A stretch of DNA of 64,000 bases. Origin: Muribaculaceae bacterium (GTDB lineage Bacteria; Bacteroidota; Bacteroidia; Bacteroidales; Muribaculaceae). A model generated the notes under the pieces. The model was not told the origin of the DNA. It ran no database searches and was given only the letters and a program-made list of their open reading frames with translations. The stretch lies in the NCBI GenBank assembly GCA_017405965.1, contig JAFQZK010000025.1, forward strand, positions 61,170 to 125,169. The letters are read 5' to 3'. Shown one piece after another: positions 52,961-61,971 of this stretch; the stretch's first letter is position 1, and every line of letters starts with the position of its first letter. The translations under genes were made by a program, and so were the position numbers.

Positions 52961-54040
52961 TCAAAAGAATTGGACGCAGACGGGTTTGCTGAGCGGTATG
53001 TCCTGATGAGTGTCGGTGAGGAGTCCCGTATTATTGTCGCGCCGGAACACTTGGATCTTGTTGCTGTCGCGGCAGCAGCATAGCAGGAAACGGCCGTTGG
53101 GCGTGATGTTGAACTGGCGGGGATGGGCTGCTGTGGGTTGGTAGCCGATGCGCGTGAGCAGCCCTGTCTGGCTGTCGACGGCAAAGATGGCGATGCCCTC
53201 GGTTTTCAGCCGATTGCTGGAATAAAGGTATCGGCCGTCGGGGCTCAGGTGTATATCTGCACCGCCTCGAGCGCCCACGCTGTCCGAGACGATTTCCTGC
53301 AGCTTCTCTAACCTCCCCTCGTGATAGGCGAATACCGTCACCTGGCCCGATAGTTCGCTCATCAGATAGGCAAACCGGCCATCGGTGCTGAACGTCAGGT
53401 GACGTGGTCCGGAATCGGCGCTGACATGGGCGGCCACGCCGTTGGCTATCACATCTTGTCCCTCGATGCGGAACGACAGGATGCGGTCGGCACTGAAGTC
53501 CGTGGCCAGCACATATCTCCCGTCGGGCGTGAAACACGCGCAGTGAACGTGGGGACTTTGTTGCCGTGAAGGGTCGGGACCTCCCGTTGCTCCGAGGATT
53601 TTCGTGGCAAGTTCGGCAAGCGTTCCGCATTGTTTCAGCCGGAACACGCTCATCGAGCCCCCCGAGTAATTGGCGGTGAGGGCGAGATCGTCATTGACGG
53701 CCACGTAGCACGGGTCTTCGCCCTCGGTCGGTGCCGTATCAATAAGACGCATGCCACCGTTCTTTGTTATTCTGATGATGTTCAGCGAAGCCTGGTCGTC
53801 ATGCGTCTCACTGACTACATATATCAGCCGCTGGTCGCGAGATATGGTCAAATAGGACGGATTCCTCATTTCCAGAGAATCCAAAAGCTCGGCTTCACCG
53901 GTCTCCTGATCGAACCGATAGGAATAGACGCCCCTGCTGCCGCCGTCGGTGTAGGTCCCTACAAACATCATTTCCACCTCTTGAGCCTGCATCACACAGA
54001 TACTTGACAAAAGCATGATCAATACACTCTTCAGTTTCAT
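52961..54040 (-). CDS. Lactonase-family 7-bladed beta-propeller protein (6-phosphogluconolactonase-like)
   Basis: Signal peptide, then MFVGTYTDGGSRGVYSYRFDQETGE, NPSYLTIS, GEDPCYVAV and GPRHLTFS repeats typical of PF10282-type lactonases. Confidence 0.75.
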   Translation of the reverse strand: MKLKSVLIMLLSSICVMQAQEVEMMFVGTYTDGGSRGVYSYRFDQETGEAELLDSLEMRNPSYLTISRDQRLIYVVSETHDDQASLNIIRITKNGGMRLIDTAPTEGEDPCYVAVNDDLALTANYSGGSMSVFRLKQCGTLAELATKILGATGGPDPSRQQSPHVHCACFTPDGRYVLATDFSADRILSFRIEGQDVIANGVAAHVSADSGPRHLTFSTDGRFAYLMSELSGQVTVFAYHEGRLEKLQEIVSDSVGARGGADIHLSPDGRYLYSSNRLKTEGIAIFAVDSQTGLLTRIGYQPTAAHPRQFNITPNGRFLLCCCRDSNKIQVFRRDNNTGLLTDTHQDIPLSKPVCVQFF

Positions 54041-54056
54041 ATCGTTTTCTTTAATC

Positions 54057-54764
54057 TTATTGCTCTAACTTCCAACCATGATCGCCATGGTAAATCATCT
54101 GGCGCGTCATGCCGCCGTCGATGCAGATATTCTCACCCGTGATGAAGCCTGCTTTGTCGGAACACAGGTACAACACCATGTTGGCGATATCCATGGGATT
54201 TCCCACACGACCTGCTGGCTGCTGAATGGCATCGGGGCCCTCATAGACAGTATAGGCCGTGTCTATCCAGCCCGGGGAAATGCTGTTCACCCGTACCTTG
54301 CCGGCTAGGCTGACGGCCAGCGCATGGGTCAGTGCGGCAATACCGCCCTTGGCAGCAGCGTAGCTCTCGGTCTGAGGCTGACTCATGCGGTCACGCGAGG
54401 AGGAAATGTTCACGATGGCAGCCCCCTGGGCAAAAAAGGGAGTGAAGAGTTTGCACAGATAGAACGGGGCCGTAACGCCAACGCTCAACGCATACTGGAA
54501 CTCCTCGTAACTGCACTCGTCGATGCCTTTCATCAGTGGCAGGGCGTTATTGACAAGGTAGTCAACCCGGCCATACTCCTTGATGACCGTGTCGGCAAAT
54601 CGCTCCAAAACCTGCTTGTCGGCGATATCACCCACAAAGTGATTCCCCTGCTGCTTGTCAATCACGCAGACGTGTGCGCCAGCCTTCTGAAACTCATCGG
54701 CGATGCAACGCCCTATTCCCTGTGCCCCTCCTGTCACGACGACAACTTTATCCTTGAAATCCAT
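54057..54764 (-). CDS. SDR-family oxidoreductase
   Basis: VVVTGGAQGIG cofactor motif and catalytic YAAAKGG (YxxxK). 235 aa. Confidence 0.85.
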   Translation of the reverse strand: MDFKDKVVVVTGGAQGIGRCIADEFQKAGAHVCVIDKQQGNHFVGDIADKQVLERFADTVIKEYGRVDYLVNNALPLMKGIDECSYEEFQYALSVGVTAPFYLCKLFTPFFAQGAAIVNISSSRDRMSQPQTESYAAAKGGIAALTHALAVSLAGKVRVNSISPGWIDTAYTVYEGPDAIQQPAGRVGNPMDIANMVLYLCSDKAGFITGENICIDGGMTRQMIYHGDHGWKLEQ

Positions 54765-55057
54765 TTTTGAAATGATTTAAATCCTTTACTCTGTCTTTTC
54801 AACCAACATTGATGAAAAACCATCCTTATTGCAGGAACAAATATAGCAATAATTTGTAATCACACCTCGCAGATTCATGTTTTTCTGAATGTTGCCCAAC
54901 CATTATTATCCAAAAAGGTCATTGCGGGTGTGACACCCCAATTTACCGGCAACTGCAAAGGTCGGTAAAAACACAAGAGAGGCGCCCCAGACCGGGACGC
55001 CCCTCTATTTCAGTATTCATGCGGCAGACCGCCAAAACGATCTGTCAGGAACAGTCA

Positions 55058-58000
55058 TTAAAACGCCACGAGTCGGCTGAAGTTAACGGCTTTATTGGGC
55101 TTAGATGCATTAGTGCTGGTGGCCACCATGTTGATCATCGCGGTAACATCCGAGATGTTGACATTTCCATCGCCATTGATGTCGGCGCAGATCGGGCAAA
55201 CCTCACCATTGGAAACCACGGCATTGATCACGGCAGTCACATCAGAGATGTTGACAGCACCGTCGTGGTTAACGTCACCAAGCTGATAGCCATGGCCGTT
55301 ATCGAACAGGGTTACCTCCTCGACATTACTCCAGTCGCTCTCGGTGCCATCCTGGTACAGAGTCTTAACCCTGTAGAGGTAGGTACCCTCGGCAGTCAGA
55401 TTCTCAACGGTGTAGAACTTGTCGGTGATGCCAGTGATCAGACGGCTGTTCTCATCGCCGGTCTCCTGGGCAAGGAGCATGGAGTAGGTTGCATTGATGT
55501 CGCCAGCATAGATCTTGATGTCCTCGATGGCGAACAAGTTCTCAACACCCTCAAATACCACCTGATCGCTCTCGGCAACATCGAGCACCACGGTATAGGT
55601 GTTGAAGTCATCGGTAGCAAGAGCTACTTCCTGAGAGCCGGCACTGGTCTTCACGCGGATAGTTGCTGTGCCATAGTAGCTTGAATAGTAGGAATAAGCA
55701 CTCATCACAACGGTCACCTTGTCATAGCCGGTGAAGTCATAGGTCTTGGTGGTGATACCGCAGGCATTGTTGCTCAGGTAGCCCGAGATAATGAATCCGT
55801 CGTTCACCCAGAGACCGGTCTGTGCCGTCCAACCGGTGGGCAGATAGTTGCTGGCCGAGCTGGCAACATTGGTCAGCTGACCACTCGAGTTCTCGGCAGC
55901 AGCCAGGCTAGTGAAGTCGGCGTCCTCAAGCAGGACGGGATCGAGAATTACGGGAGTTTCGGGCTTGAGCGTCACCTCGAGGGTGTAGCTTTCCACGTTA
56001 GCCTCGGGGGTAGCATCGGTCCAGTCGGCACGGAACTTGGTCAGGTTGATGAACTGCTCGTTGGCAGGCAGCATCACGGGAGCAAACTTCAACAGATTAC
56101 CAGTACCGTTCAGGGCGACTGTCACATCCTCGGCACCAGCGCTGGTCAGCGTGATAGTGGCATTGTCAGTGCCAAGAGCCGTCGGGGTATAGGTAACAGT
56201 AACATCCACGCCGTTCATGGCTTCGGCGGCGGTGATGGTCGTCGGCTCGATGCTGTAAACGCCATTCTCGTCGTTCAATGCCAGATTCACATCGCCGGTA
56301 AGGTTGGAACCACTGACATTGAAGGTGGCAGTTACGCTCTCGCCCACTCCGGCAACCATATCCAAAGCTGACGGATTCACTACGATGGTGGGATCGCTGT
56401 TCTCCAGGAGGGTCACTTGCTTAACTTCGCTGTCAGCGACACCGCCATTGATATAGTTGGCGACAACATAGAAGTTGAACGTGCCGGCCTCGGTGAGACC
56501 AGTAACGGTGTAGCTCTTGCTGGTGATACCGGTAATCACACGATAAGTGGCGTCACCGGTTTCGCTGGCCTTGAGCTGATTTGTAGCGGTGGGATCACCG
56601 GCATAAATCTTCACATACCTCATGTCGGGCATACCCGAGGTGGTAATCTTTACACGGTCGCTGCTGTTGCAATTCAGAACGAAGGTGTACCAGCTGAACG
56701 AGTTACCAGACAGGTTAACGGTCTTGGTCTGGGCGTTGGTAGCCACAGTCATGGTGTTGTTGGACTGGTAGGGCTCAGAGTAAACCATCACGGTCACCTT
56801 GTCATAACCGGTGAGATCGTAGGTTGCAGTCTGCACATAGGACGAGCTGCTTGATGACAAGTAGGCGGCACTATTGGAGCTATAATAGGTCAGACCGTTC
56901 TGCGACCATCCGGAAGGAATAGCGGCCGAAGAAGTCCAGTCAACAGAGTCGATCAGCGCATAGGGGGGCAAGAACGGCTTGTCGCTCACATAGAGGGTGT
57001 AGCTCTCCACGTTTGCGGCAGGAGTCTCGTCGGTCCAGCTAGCGGTGAACGAGGTGGAGGTGATGTTGCTGGCGTCGAGCAATACGGGCTCGTAGGTCTC
57101 GAGGTCGGCGGTACCATTGATCTTGAGCGTCACGGTCTCGGCACCAGTGCTGGTCAAGGTGACAGTGGCCTCGTGGGAACCGAATGTTGCAGGATTATAG
57201 GTAACAGTTACAGTAGCTTGGTTCTCGGCCTGAGTTGCACTGACACTGGTGGTGCTCAGTGAGAAGGCATTGCTGCCGCTGAGGCTCAAGTTCACATTGT
57301 CGGTGAGGTTGGCACCCTTAACGGTGAAGGTTGCAGTGACAGCATTGCCCACAATGGTGTTCATCATGAGCGAGGTGGGGTTAACCGTGATCCTGGGATC
57401 GGTGAGAGCACCTGCGGGGGGCTCAATACCGATAATCATGGCCTCGCCATAGTTGAAGACATAAGAACCAGACTGGCCGGTTGCACCGGTAGCGGTGGTG
57501 AAGTTGTGCAGCGTGCAATAGCCGTTGCTGTCGCCGCTCCAGCCCCAGTTCACATAGTACTGACCGCTGGTGTTGCAGCCAAACACGTTGAAGGCGTGGC
57601 CCGAAACGCTATAGCCGCTGACGTCATAGGCCAGGTACTCGATGGGACGGCCGTTGTACAGCTCGTTCAACATATATTCGTTCCACTGGGCGTCGGTATA
57701 CTGCTGCGGGCCATTGGTGTAGGTCCAACCCGAAGACTGAAGCTCGGTGAGCAGGAGGTACTGGGCATCGGTGTAACCCATGTTGAGGCAGCCCTGGTAG
57801 ATCTCAGGGTCGTTGGCACCACTGGCACTGGTGCTGTACTGGTAATCGGGAATTGCCTGGCCGGCATAGCGCATCAGCCATGCCACAGCATCGGCCTGGG
57901 CCGATGTGTAGTTGTAATTGGTCGGTCCGGTATATTCGTCGATGATGTTATCCCAATCGGCTTGGCGCTCGGGCAGAGCAGCAGCACTGAGGCCGCCGGT

Positions 58001-58588
58001 ACCCGAAAGCGCTGCTACAGCGGGATAGGTCTCAGGCCATCTCCACTTGTAGTAGCACATGGACAGCGATGTGGCCGGGCAACCGGTAACAGCATGACTG
58101 CCGCCGCTGGACGGGCACTGGTTATTATAAGGAGCGCTCTGGTCCCAGTTGGCGTTTACCAGGGGAGGAACGGCCGTTGTCGCAAACTTGGGCAGCTTCA
58201 CAGGCACCATGGTTCCGGCCTTGAGACCGTCAATCTGATATTTGTACTTGTTGAGCAACCACTGCATGCCGGGAGGAACGTTGTTCATGTCGAGAGCACC
58301 TTCCTCACCGTACATCAGAACCTGGGGTGCCAGGTCATCACCGGCAATCACTACATAGGATTTCTCGGTGTTGAAGATGTAGTAGTCCACAGCACTGGGC
58401 CTGGCTACCGACTTTTCAGCCTTGACAAGCTGAAGGTTGGAAGCAGCGGAGGCTTTAAGACGACCTGAGGTCACTTGTTTCCTGAGAAACGCGTTGGCAG
58501 CGGCCTGAGCCTGTGACGTGGTCACATCGGCGGCCGACAGAGACAATGTCGCAAAAGCGACAGTCATCAAAAGCAAGAATTTTTTCAT
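55058..58588 (-). CDS. C10 (streptopain-like) cysteine peptidase paralog with two copies of an Ig-like/FN3/jelly-roll module set and a tandem dockerin-type-I-like repeat
   Basis: ATG at 58588 (MKKFLLLMTVAFATLSLSA; the track start at 58594 is a TTG). Cys in AVTGCPATSLSMCYYKWRWP, His in SGHAFNVFGC, then YVNWGWSGDS. The C-terminus is GDVNHDGAVNISDVTAVINAVVSNGEVCPICADINGDGNVNISDVTAMINMV (nt 55058-55279). Confidence 0.85.
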   Translation of the reverse strand: MKKFLLLMTVAFATLSLSAADVTTSQAQAAANAFLRKQVTSGRLKASAASNLQLVKAEKSVARPSAVDYYIFNTEKSYVVIAGDDLAPQVLMYGEEGALDMNNVPPGMQWLLNKYKYQIDGLKAGTMVPVKLPKFATTAVPPLVNANWDQSAPYNNQCPSSGGSHAVTGCPATSLSMCYYKWRWPETYPAVAALSGTGGLSAAALPERQADWDNIIDEYTGPTNYNYTSAQADAVAWLMRYAGQAIPDYQYSTSASGANDPEIYQGCLNMGYTDAQYLLLTELQSSGWTYTNGPQQYTDAQWNEYMLNELYNGRPIEYLAYDVSGYSVSGHAFNVFGCNTSGQYYVNWGWSGDSNGYCTLHNFTTATGATGQSGSYVFNYGEAMIIGIEPPAGALTDPRITVNPTSLMMNTIVGNAVTATFTVKGANLTDNVNLSLSGSNAFSLSTTSVSATQAENQATVTVTYNPATFGSHEATVTLTSTGAETVTLKINGTADLETYEPVLLDASNITSTSFTASWTDETPAANVESYTLYVSDKPFLPPYALIDSVDWTSSAAIPSGWSQNGLTYYSSNSAAYLSSSSSSYVQTATYDLTGYDKVTVMVYSEPYQSNNTMTVATNAQTKTVNLSGNSFSWYTFVLNCNSSDRVKITTSGMPDMRYVKIYAGDPTATNQLKASETGDATYRVITGITSKSYTVTGLTEAGTFNFYVVANYINGGVADSEVKQVTLLENSDPTIVVNPSALDMVAGVGESVTATFNVSGSNLTGDVNLALNDENGVYSIEPTTITAAEAMNGVDVTVTYTPTALGTDNATITLTSAGAEDVTVALNGTGNLLKFAPVMLPANEQFINLTKFRADWTDATPEANVESYTLEVTLKPETPVILDPVLLEDADFTSLAAAENSSGQLTNVASSASNYLPTGWTAQTGLWVNDGFIISGYLSNNACGITTKTYDFTGYDKVTVVMSAYSYYSSYYGTATIRVKTSAGSQEVALATDDFNTYTVVLDVAESDQVVFEGVENLFAIEDIKIYAGDINATYSMLLAQETGDENSRLITGITDKFYTVENLTAEGTYLYRVKTLYQDGTESDWSNVEEVTLFDNGHGYQLGDVNHDGAVNISDVTAVINAVVSNGEVCPICADINGDGNVNISDVTAMINMVATSTNASKPNKAVNFSRLVAF

Positions 58589-58890
58589 AAGCAAAAAATG
58601 GTAATTAATTACAATATAAAATAGTTGGTATTTTGGCCTATGTTTGGACTGGCAAATTTACAACACTTCACCGTAAATGGCAAATTATTTCTTTTTATTT
58701 ATCAATATTTTTCAACAAATGATGACAGGACAAAACACCCGGTAGACCCCATATTTAGAGAATAAATTAATGTAAACAATTACCTATCAGCTACTTCTAT
58801 CGCACAATTAACTACATGACCAAAATTTCACTTACAAATCGAAACTTAGAATTTATAAGCTAATTGGTGTGCGATATGGAAGGTTTTGAG

Positions 58891-58898
58891 TAATTTTG
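58891..58898 (+). promoter_or_regulatory. Bacteroidota -7 promoter box (TAATTTTG)
   Basis: Exact TAnnTTTG match only 11 bp upstream of ATG 58909. The true start may therefore be the ATG at 58933. Confidence 0.4.
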
Positions 58899-58908
58899 TG
58901 CCCTGACA

Positions 58909-59850
58909 ATGAATGACGACCGAAATATTAATATGCATACCACGAGGCAGAACCGCGAGGAGAAGCGTTGCACCCTCGTGGGCATGACTTGTGACATCGG
59001 CTTGTCGGCACTGAAAATCGCCTCAGGCATCCTGGGGCGTTCCAGCGCCATCCTGGCCGACGGCATCCATTCCATCAGCGACACGGTGACCGATGCCCTG
59101 GTCTATGCGATGGTAAGGCTGTCGGGCAAGGGGGTTGACGAGCGTTACCGCTACGGTCGCGGCAAGTACGAGACGCTGGCGGCTTTCCTGATCAGCATCA
59201 TCCTGGTGGTGGTCGCCATCGGGCTCATGAGCGACGGCTTGCAGGACGTGTGGACGGCACTCAACGGCAAGACCCTGGAGCGCCCCCGCAATATAGCCCT
59301 GGCGGTGGGCATCATCGCGGTCATCATCAAGGAAGGGCTGTACCGGTACACGCGCCACAAGGGCAACAAGACCGGCAGTTCGGCCCTCAAGGCCTACGCC
59401 TGGCATCACCGTGCCGACGCAATGTCAACGGCCGCGACACTGCTCGGCGTGGCAGGAGCGATGTTCCTGGGCGAGCGTTGGCGCGTGCTTGACCCGATTG
59501 CCGCCATCGCCGTGAGTGTGCTCATCCTCGTGCTGGCCTACCGCATGGGACGCCCCGCTGTCGAAGAATTGCTCGAGGTTTCCCTGCCTCCCGAGGAGCA
59601 GGACCGCATTGCCGCCGTGGTGACCGGCACTCCCGGGGTCAAGGCGTTTCACAACCTGCGCACCCGCCGCAACGGCAATCTGCGCGTGGTGGACATCCAT
59701 GTCAAGGTCGATGGTGAGATGAGCGTTGCCACGTCCCACGATATCACCCGCGAAATCGAGCAGCGGCTGAACGAGGAGCTGGGAGAGGTGATGACCAACA
59801 TCCACGTCGAGCCTTACCACGGCCACAACCAGTGCGAGAAAAACAATTGA
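58909..59850 (+). CDS. Cation diffusion facilitator (CDF) family metal efflux transporter
   Basis: SAILADGIHSISDTVTD and AWHHRADAMST metal-site motifs, 6 TM helices, and a C-terminal cytoplasmic domain (FHNLRTRRNGNLRVVDIHV). Confidence 0.8.
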   Translation: MNDDRNINMHTTRQNREEKRCTLVGMTCDIGLSALKIASGILGRSSAILADGIHSISDTVTDALVYAMVRLSGKGVDERYRYGRGKYETLAAFLISIILVVVAIGLMSDGLQDVWTALNGKTLERPRNIALAVGIIAVIIKEGLYRYTRHKGNKTGSSALKAYAWHHRADAMSTAATLLGVAGAMFLGERWRVLDPIAAIAVSVLILVLAYRMGRPAVEELLEVSLPPEEQDRIAAVVTGTPGVKAFHNLRTRRNGNLRVVDIHVKVDGEMSVATSHDITREIEQRLNEELGEVMTNIHVEPYHGHNQCEKNN

Positions 59851-60542
59851 ACAATTCCGGAATATCCATTATATCCCGATTCAAACAAAACCAAGATTTG
59901 AAACAGATCACTTTACAAAATACCCTGCCCCGCGTGTTTGCCTGCCATGACGGCATCCACAGCGAGATTTGGCAACAGGACGTCACGCTGGAGCGCGGCA
60001 AGCGTTACCTCATCAGCGCCGAGAGCGGCACGGGCAAATCGTCGATGTGCAGCTATATCTACGGCTACCGTCAAGACTATAGCGGTGTCATCGCCTTTGA
60101 CGGGCAGGACATCCGCTCGCTCACCGTTGCCCAGTGGTGTGAGATCAGGCAACGCCACATTGCCTATCTGCCCCAGGAAATGCGCCTGTTCGCCGAACTC
60201 ACCGCAATGGAGAATGTCGAGCTCAAGAACGACCTCACGGGGTTCAAGAGCCGCGACGAGATCGTCCGCCTGTTCCAGGCTCTGGGCATCGAGGACAAGC
60301 AGGACAGCCTGGTAGCAAAACTCTCGATCGGGCAGCAGCAGCGCGTTGCCATCATCCGCGCGTTGTGCCAGCCGTGTGATTTCATCATGCTTGACGAGCC
60401 CGTGAGCCACCTCGACGATGAGAACAACCGCATTGCCGCCGACCTGATTACCCAGGAGGCCACCCGTCAGGGTGCCGGGGTAATCGCTACCTCGGTGGGC
60501 AACCACCTCAAGATGCAAGTGGATTTCACATTTAATTTATAA
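59832..60542 (+). CDS. ABC transporter ATP-binding protein
   Basis: Walker A AESGTGKSS, signature LSIGQQQRVAIIRAL, Walker B FIMLDEP. The start is uncertain: the frame opens with GTG at 59832, and an in-frame TTG at 59898 (KQITLQN) is an alternative. Confidence 0.75.
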   Translation: MREKQLNNSGISIISRFKQNQDLKQITLQNTLPRVFACHDGIHSEIWQQDVTLERGKRYLISAESGTGKSSMCSYIYGYRQDYSGVIAFDGQDIRSLTVAQWCEIRQRHIAYLPQEMRLFAELTAMENVELKNDLTGFKSRDEIVRLFQALGIEDKQDSLVAKLSIGQQQRVAIIRALCQPCDFIMLDEPVSHLDDENNRIAADLITQEATRQGAGVIATSVGNHLKMQVDFTFNL

Positions 60543-60571
60543 AGACCTTAAGGCCCCTCATCATATAACTC

Positions 60572-61768
60572 ATGAACAATATCATCTGGAAGCTGCTGCG
60601 GCAGCACATCAGCAAGGGCCAGCTCATCGGCTTTGCCATCGCCAATCTCATCGGCCTGACCATCGTCTTGCTCGCGGTGCAGTTCTATCGCGACGTGAGG
60701 CCCGTTTTCAACGACGAGGAGAGCTTCATCAGCAAAGATTACCTGATCATCACCCGTGCCGTTACCGGTGCCGGTGCGATGATGGGCAGCAACGGCGAGT
60801 TCAGCGATGACGATATCAGCGACCTCGAGAGCCAGCCCTGGTGCCGGCAGGTGGGCCGTTTCCTGAACAGCGATTTTGCCATCGACGCACGGCTGGGCGT
60901 GGGCAGTGGACAGGCGATGCACACCCAGTTCTTCTTTGAGGCCATCCCCGACGAGTTCATCGACATCGACCCCAATGCCTGGGGCTTCAACCTCAATAAT
61001 CCCGTGGTGCCCGTGGTCATCTCGCGTGACTACCTGTCGCTGTACAACTTCGGTTTCGCCGCCACCAAGGGGATGCCCAAGATCAGTGAGGGGCAGGCCG
61101 AGATGCTGCCGCTGGAGTTCACCCTGAGCGGCAACGGCCAGCGCCTGGATTTGCCCGGTCGCATCGTGGGGTTCTCTAACCGTCTGAACACCGTGATCGT
61201 GCCGCAGGAATTCATGGAATGGGCCAACCAGCGCTTCGGCTCGGGCGATACCCAGCACCCGCAGCGGCTCATTGTCGAGGTGAGCAGCCCCGGTGATGTC
61301 AAAATCGAGAATTACATGGATGACCACCACTATGAGGTGGCAGGCGACAAGATGTCGTCGAGCAAGGCCAATTATTTCCTCACCGTCATCAGCAGCATCG
61401 TCATCGCCGTGGGCATCATCATCAGCCTGCTGGCCTTCTTTGTCCTGATGCTGAGCATCTACCTGCTGTTACAAAAGAACACCCGCAAGCTGCAAGACCT
61501 GCTGTTGCTCGGCTTCTCGCCCAACCAGGTCTCCAAGCCCTATATCCTGCTTGTGGTGGGACTTAACGCGATTGTCCTGGTGCTCGCCATCGTGCTTATG
61601 CTGCTTGGCCGTCTGGCCTATATGGACATGATTCACGCCTTCGGGGTCAGCGGCTCGTCGATATTCGTCGCGGTGCTTGTGGGCCTGCTTATCATGGGTG
61701 CCATCACGGCGGGCAACATCATCGCCATCCGCCGCAAGGTGGCCTCGCTGTGGCTCCACGAGAAATAA
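60572..61768 (+). CDS. ABC transporter permease, FtsX-like
   Basis: N-terminal TM helix, a large extracytoplasmic domain and three C-terminal TM helices. It follows the ATPase gene. Confidence 0.65.
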   Translation: MNNIIWKLLRQHISKGQLIGFAIANLIGLTIVLLAVQFYRDVRPVFNDEESFISKDYLIITRAVTGAGAMMGSNGEFSDDDISDLESQPWCRQVGRFLNSDFAIDARLGVGSGQAMHTQFFFEAIPDEFIDIDPNAWGFNLNNPVVPVVISRDYLSLYNFGFAATKGMPKISEGQAEMLPLEFTLSGNGQRLDLPGRIVGFSNRLNTVIVPQEFMEWANQRFGSGDTQHPQRLIVEVSSPGDVKIENYMDDHHYEVAGDKMSSSKANYFLTVISSIVIAVGIIISLLAFFVLMLSIYLLLQKNTRKLQDLLLLGFSPNQVSKPYILLVVGLNAIVLVLAIVLMLLGRLAYMDMIHAFGVSGSSIFVAVLVGLLIMGAITAGNIIAIRRKVASLWLHEK

Positions 61769-61800
61769 CCTCTCCATCCCCCACCCTGCTTAGACACAAA

Positions 61801-61946
61801 AAGGCTGTGCCATAATTCAACTACAAGCAATATAACCGCCCGTTGGGCGGGAAATTAATCAAATTTAATTTTAAAAAATTAAATTTGATTAATTTCCCGT
61901 GCGATAGCACGGTTATATTACCGAGTCATAATTATGGCACAGCCTT
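61801..61946. repeat. 146-bp nested-palindrome intergenic element (REP/MITE-like or complex bidirectional terminator)
   Basis: Outer 17-bp perfect inverted repeat aaggctgtgccataatt / aattatggcacagcctt (61801-61817 / 61930-61946). Inner 9-bp aatataacc / ggttatatt. Two local GC hairpins: ccgccc-gtt-gggcgg (61836-61850) and ccgtgc-gata-gcacgg (61897-61912). Central perfect 24-bp AT-rich inverted repeat with a 2-nt spacer (61849-61898). Confidence 0.8.
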
Positions 61947-61971
61947 GTCCGTTATGCCAGTGTGTGCAGGG

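Noticed and set aside
59832-59897. Overlap of the ABC ATPase ORF with the end of the CDF gene, read as evidence of a fused or frameshifted gene
   Set aside because: The track start is a GTG, and an in-frame TTG at 59898 gives a normal ABC N-terminus. The 19-nt overlap is compatible with ordinary operon packing. No frameshift is needed.
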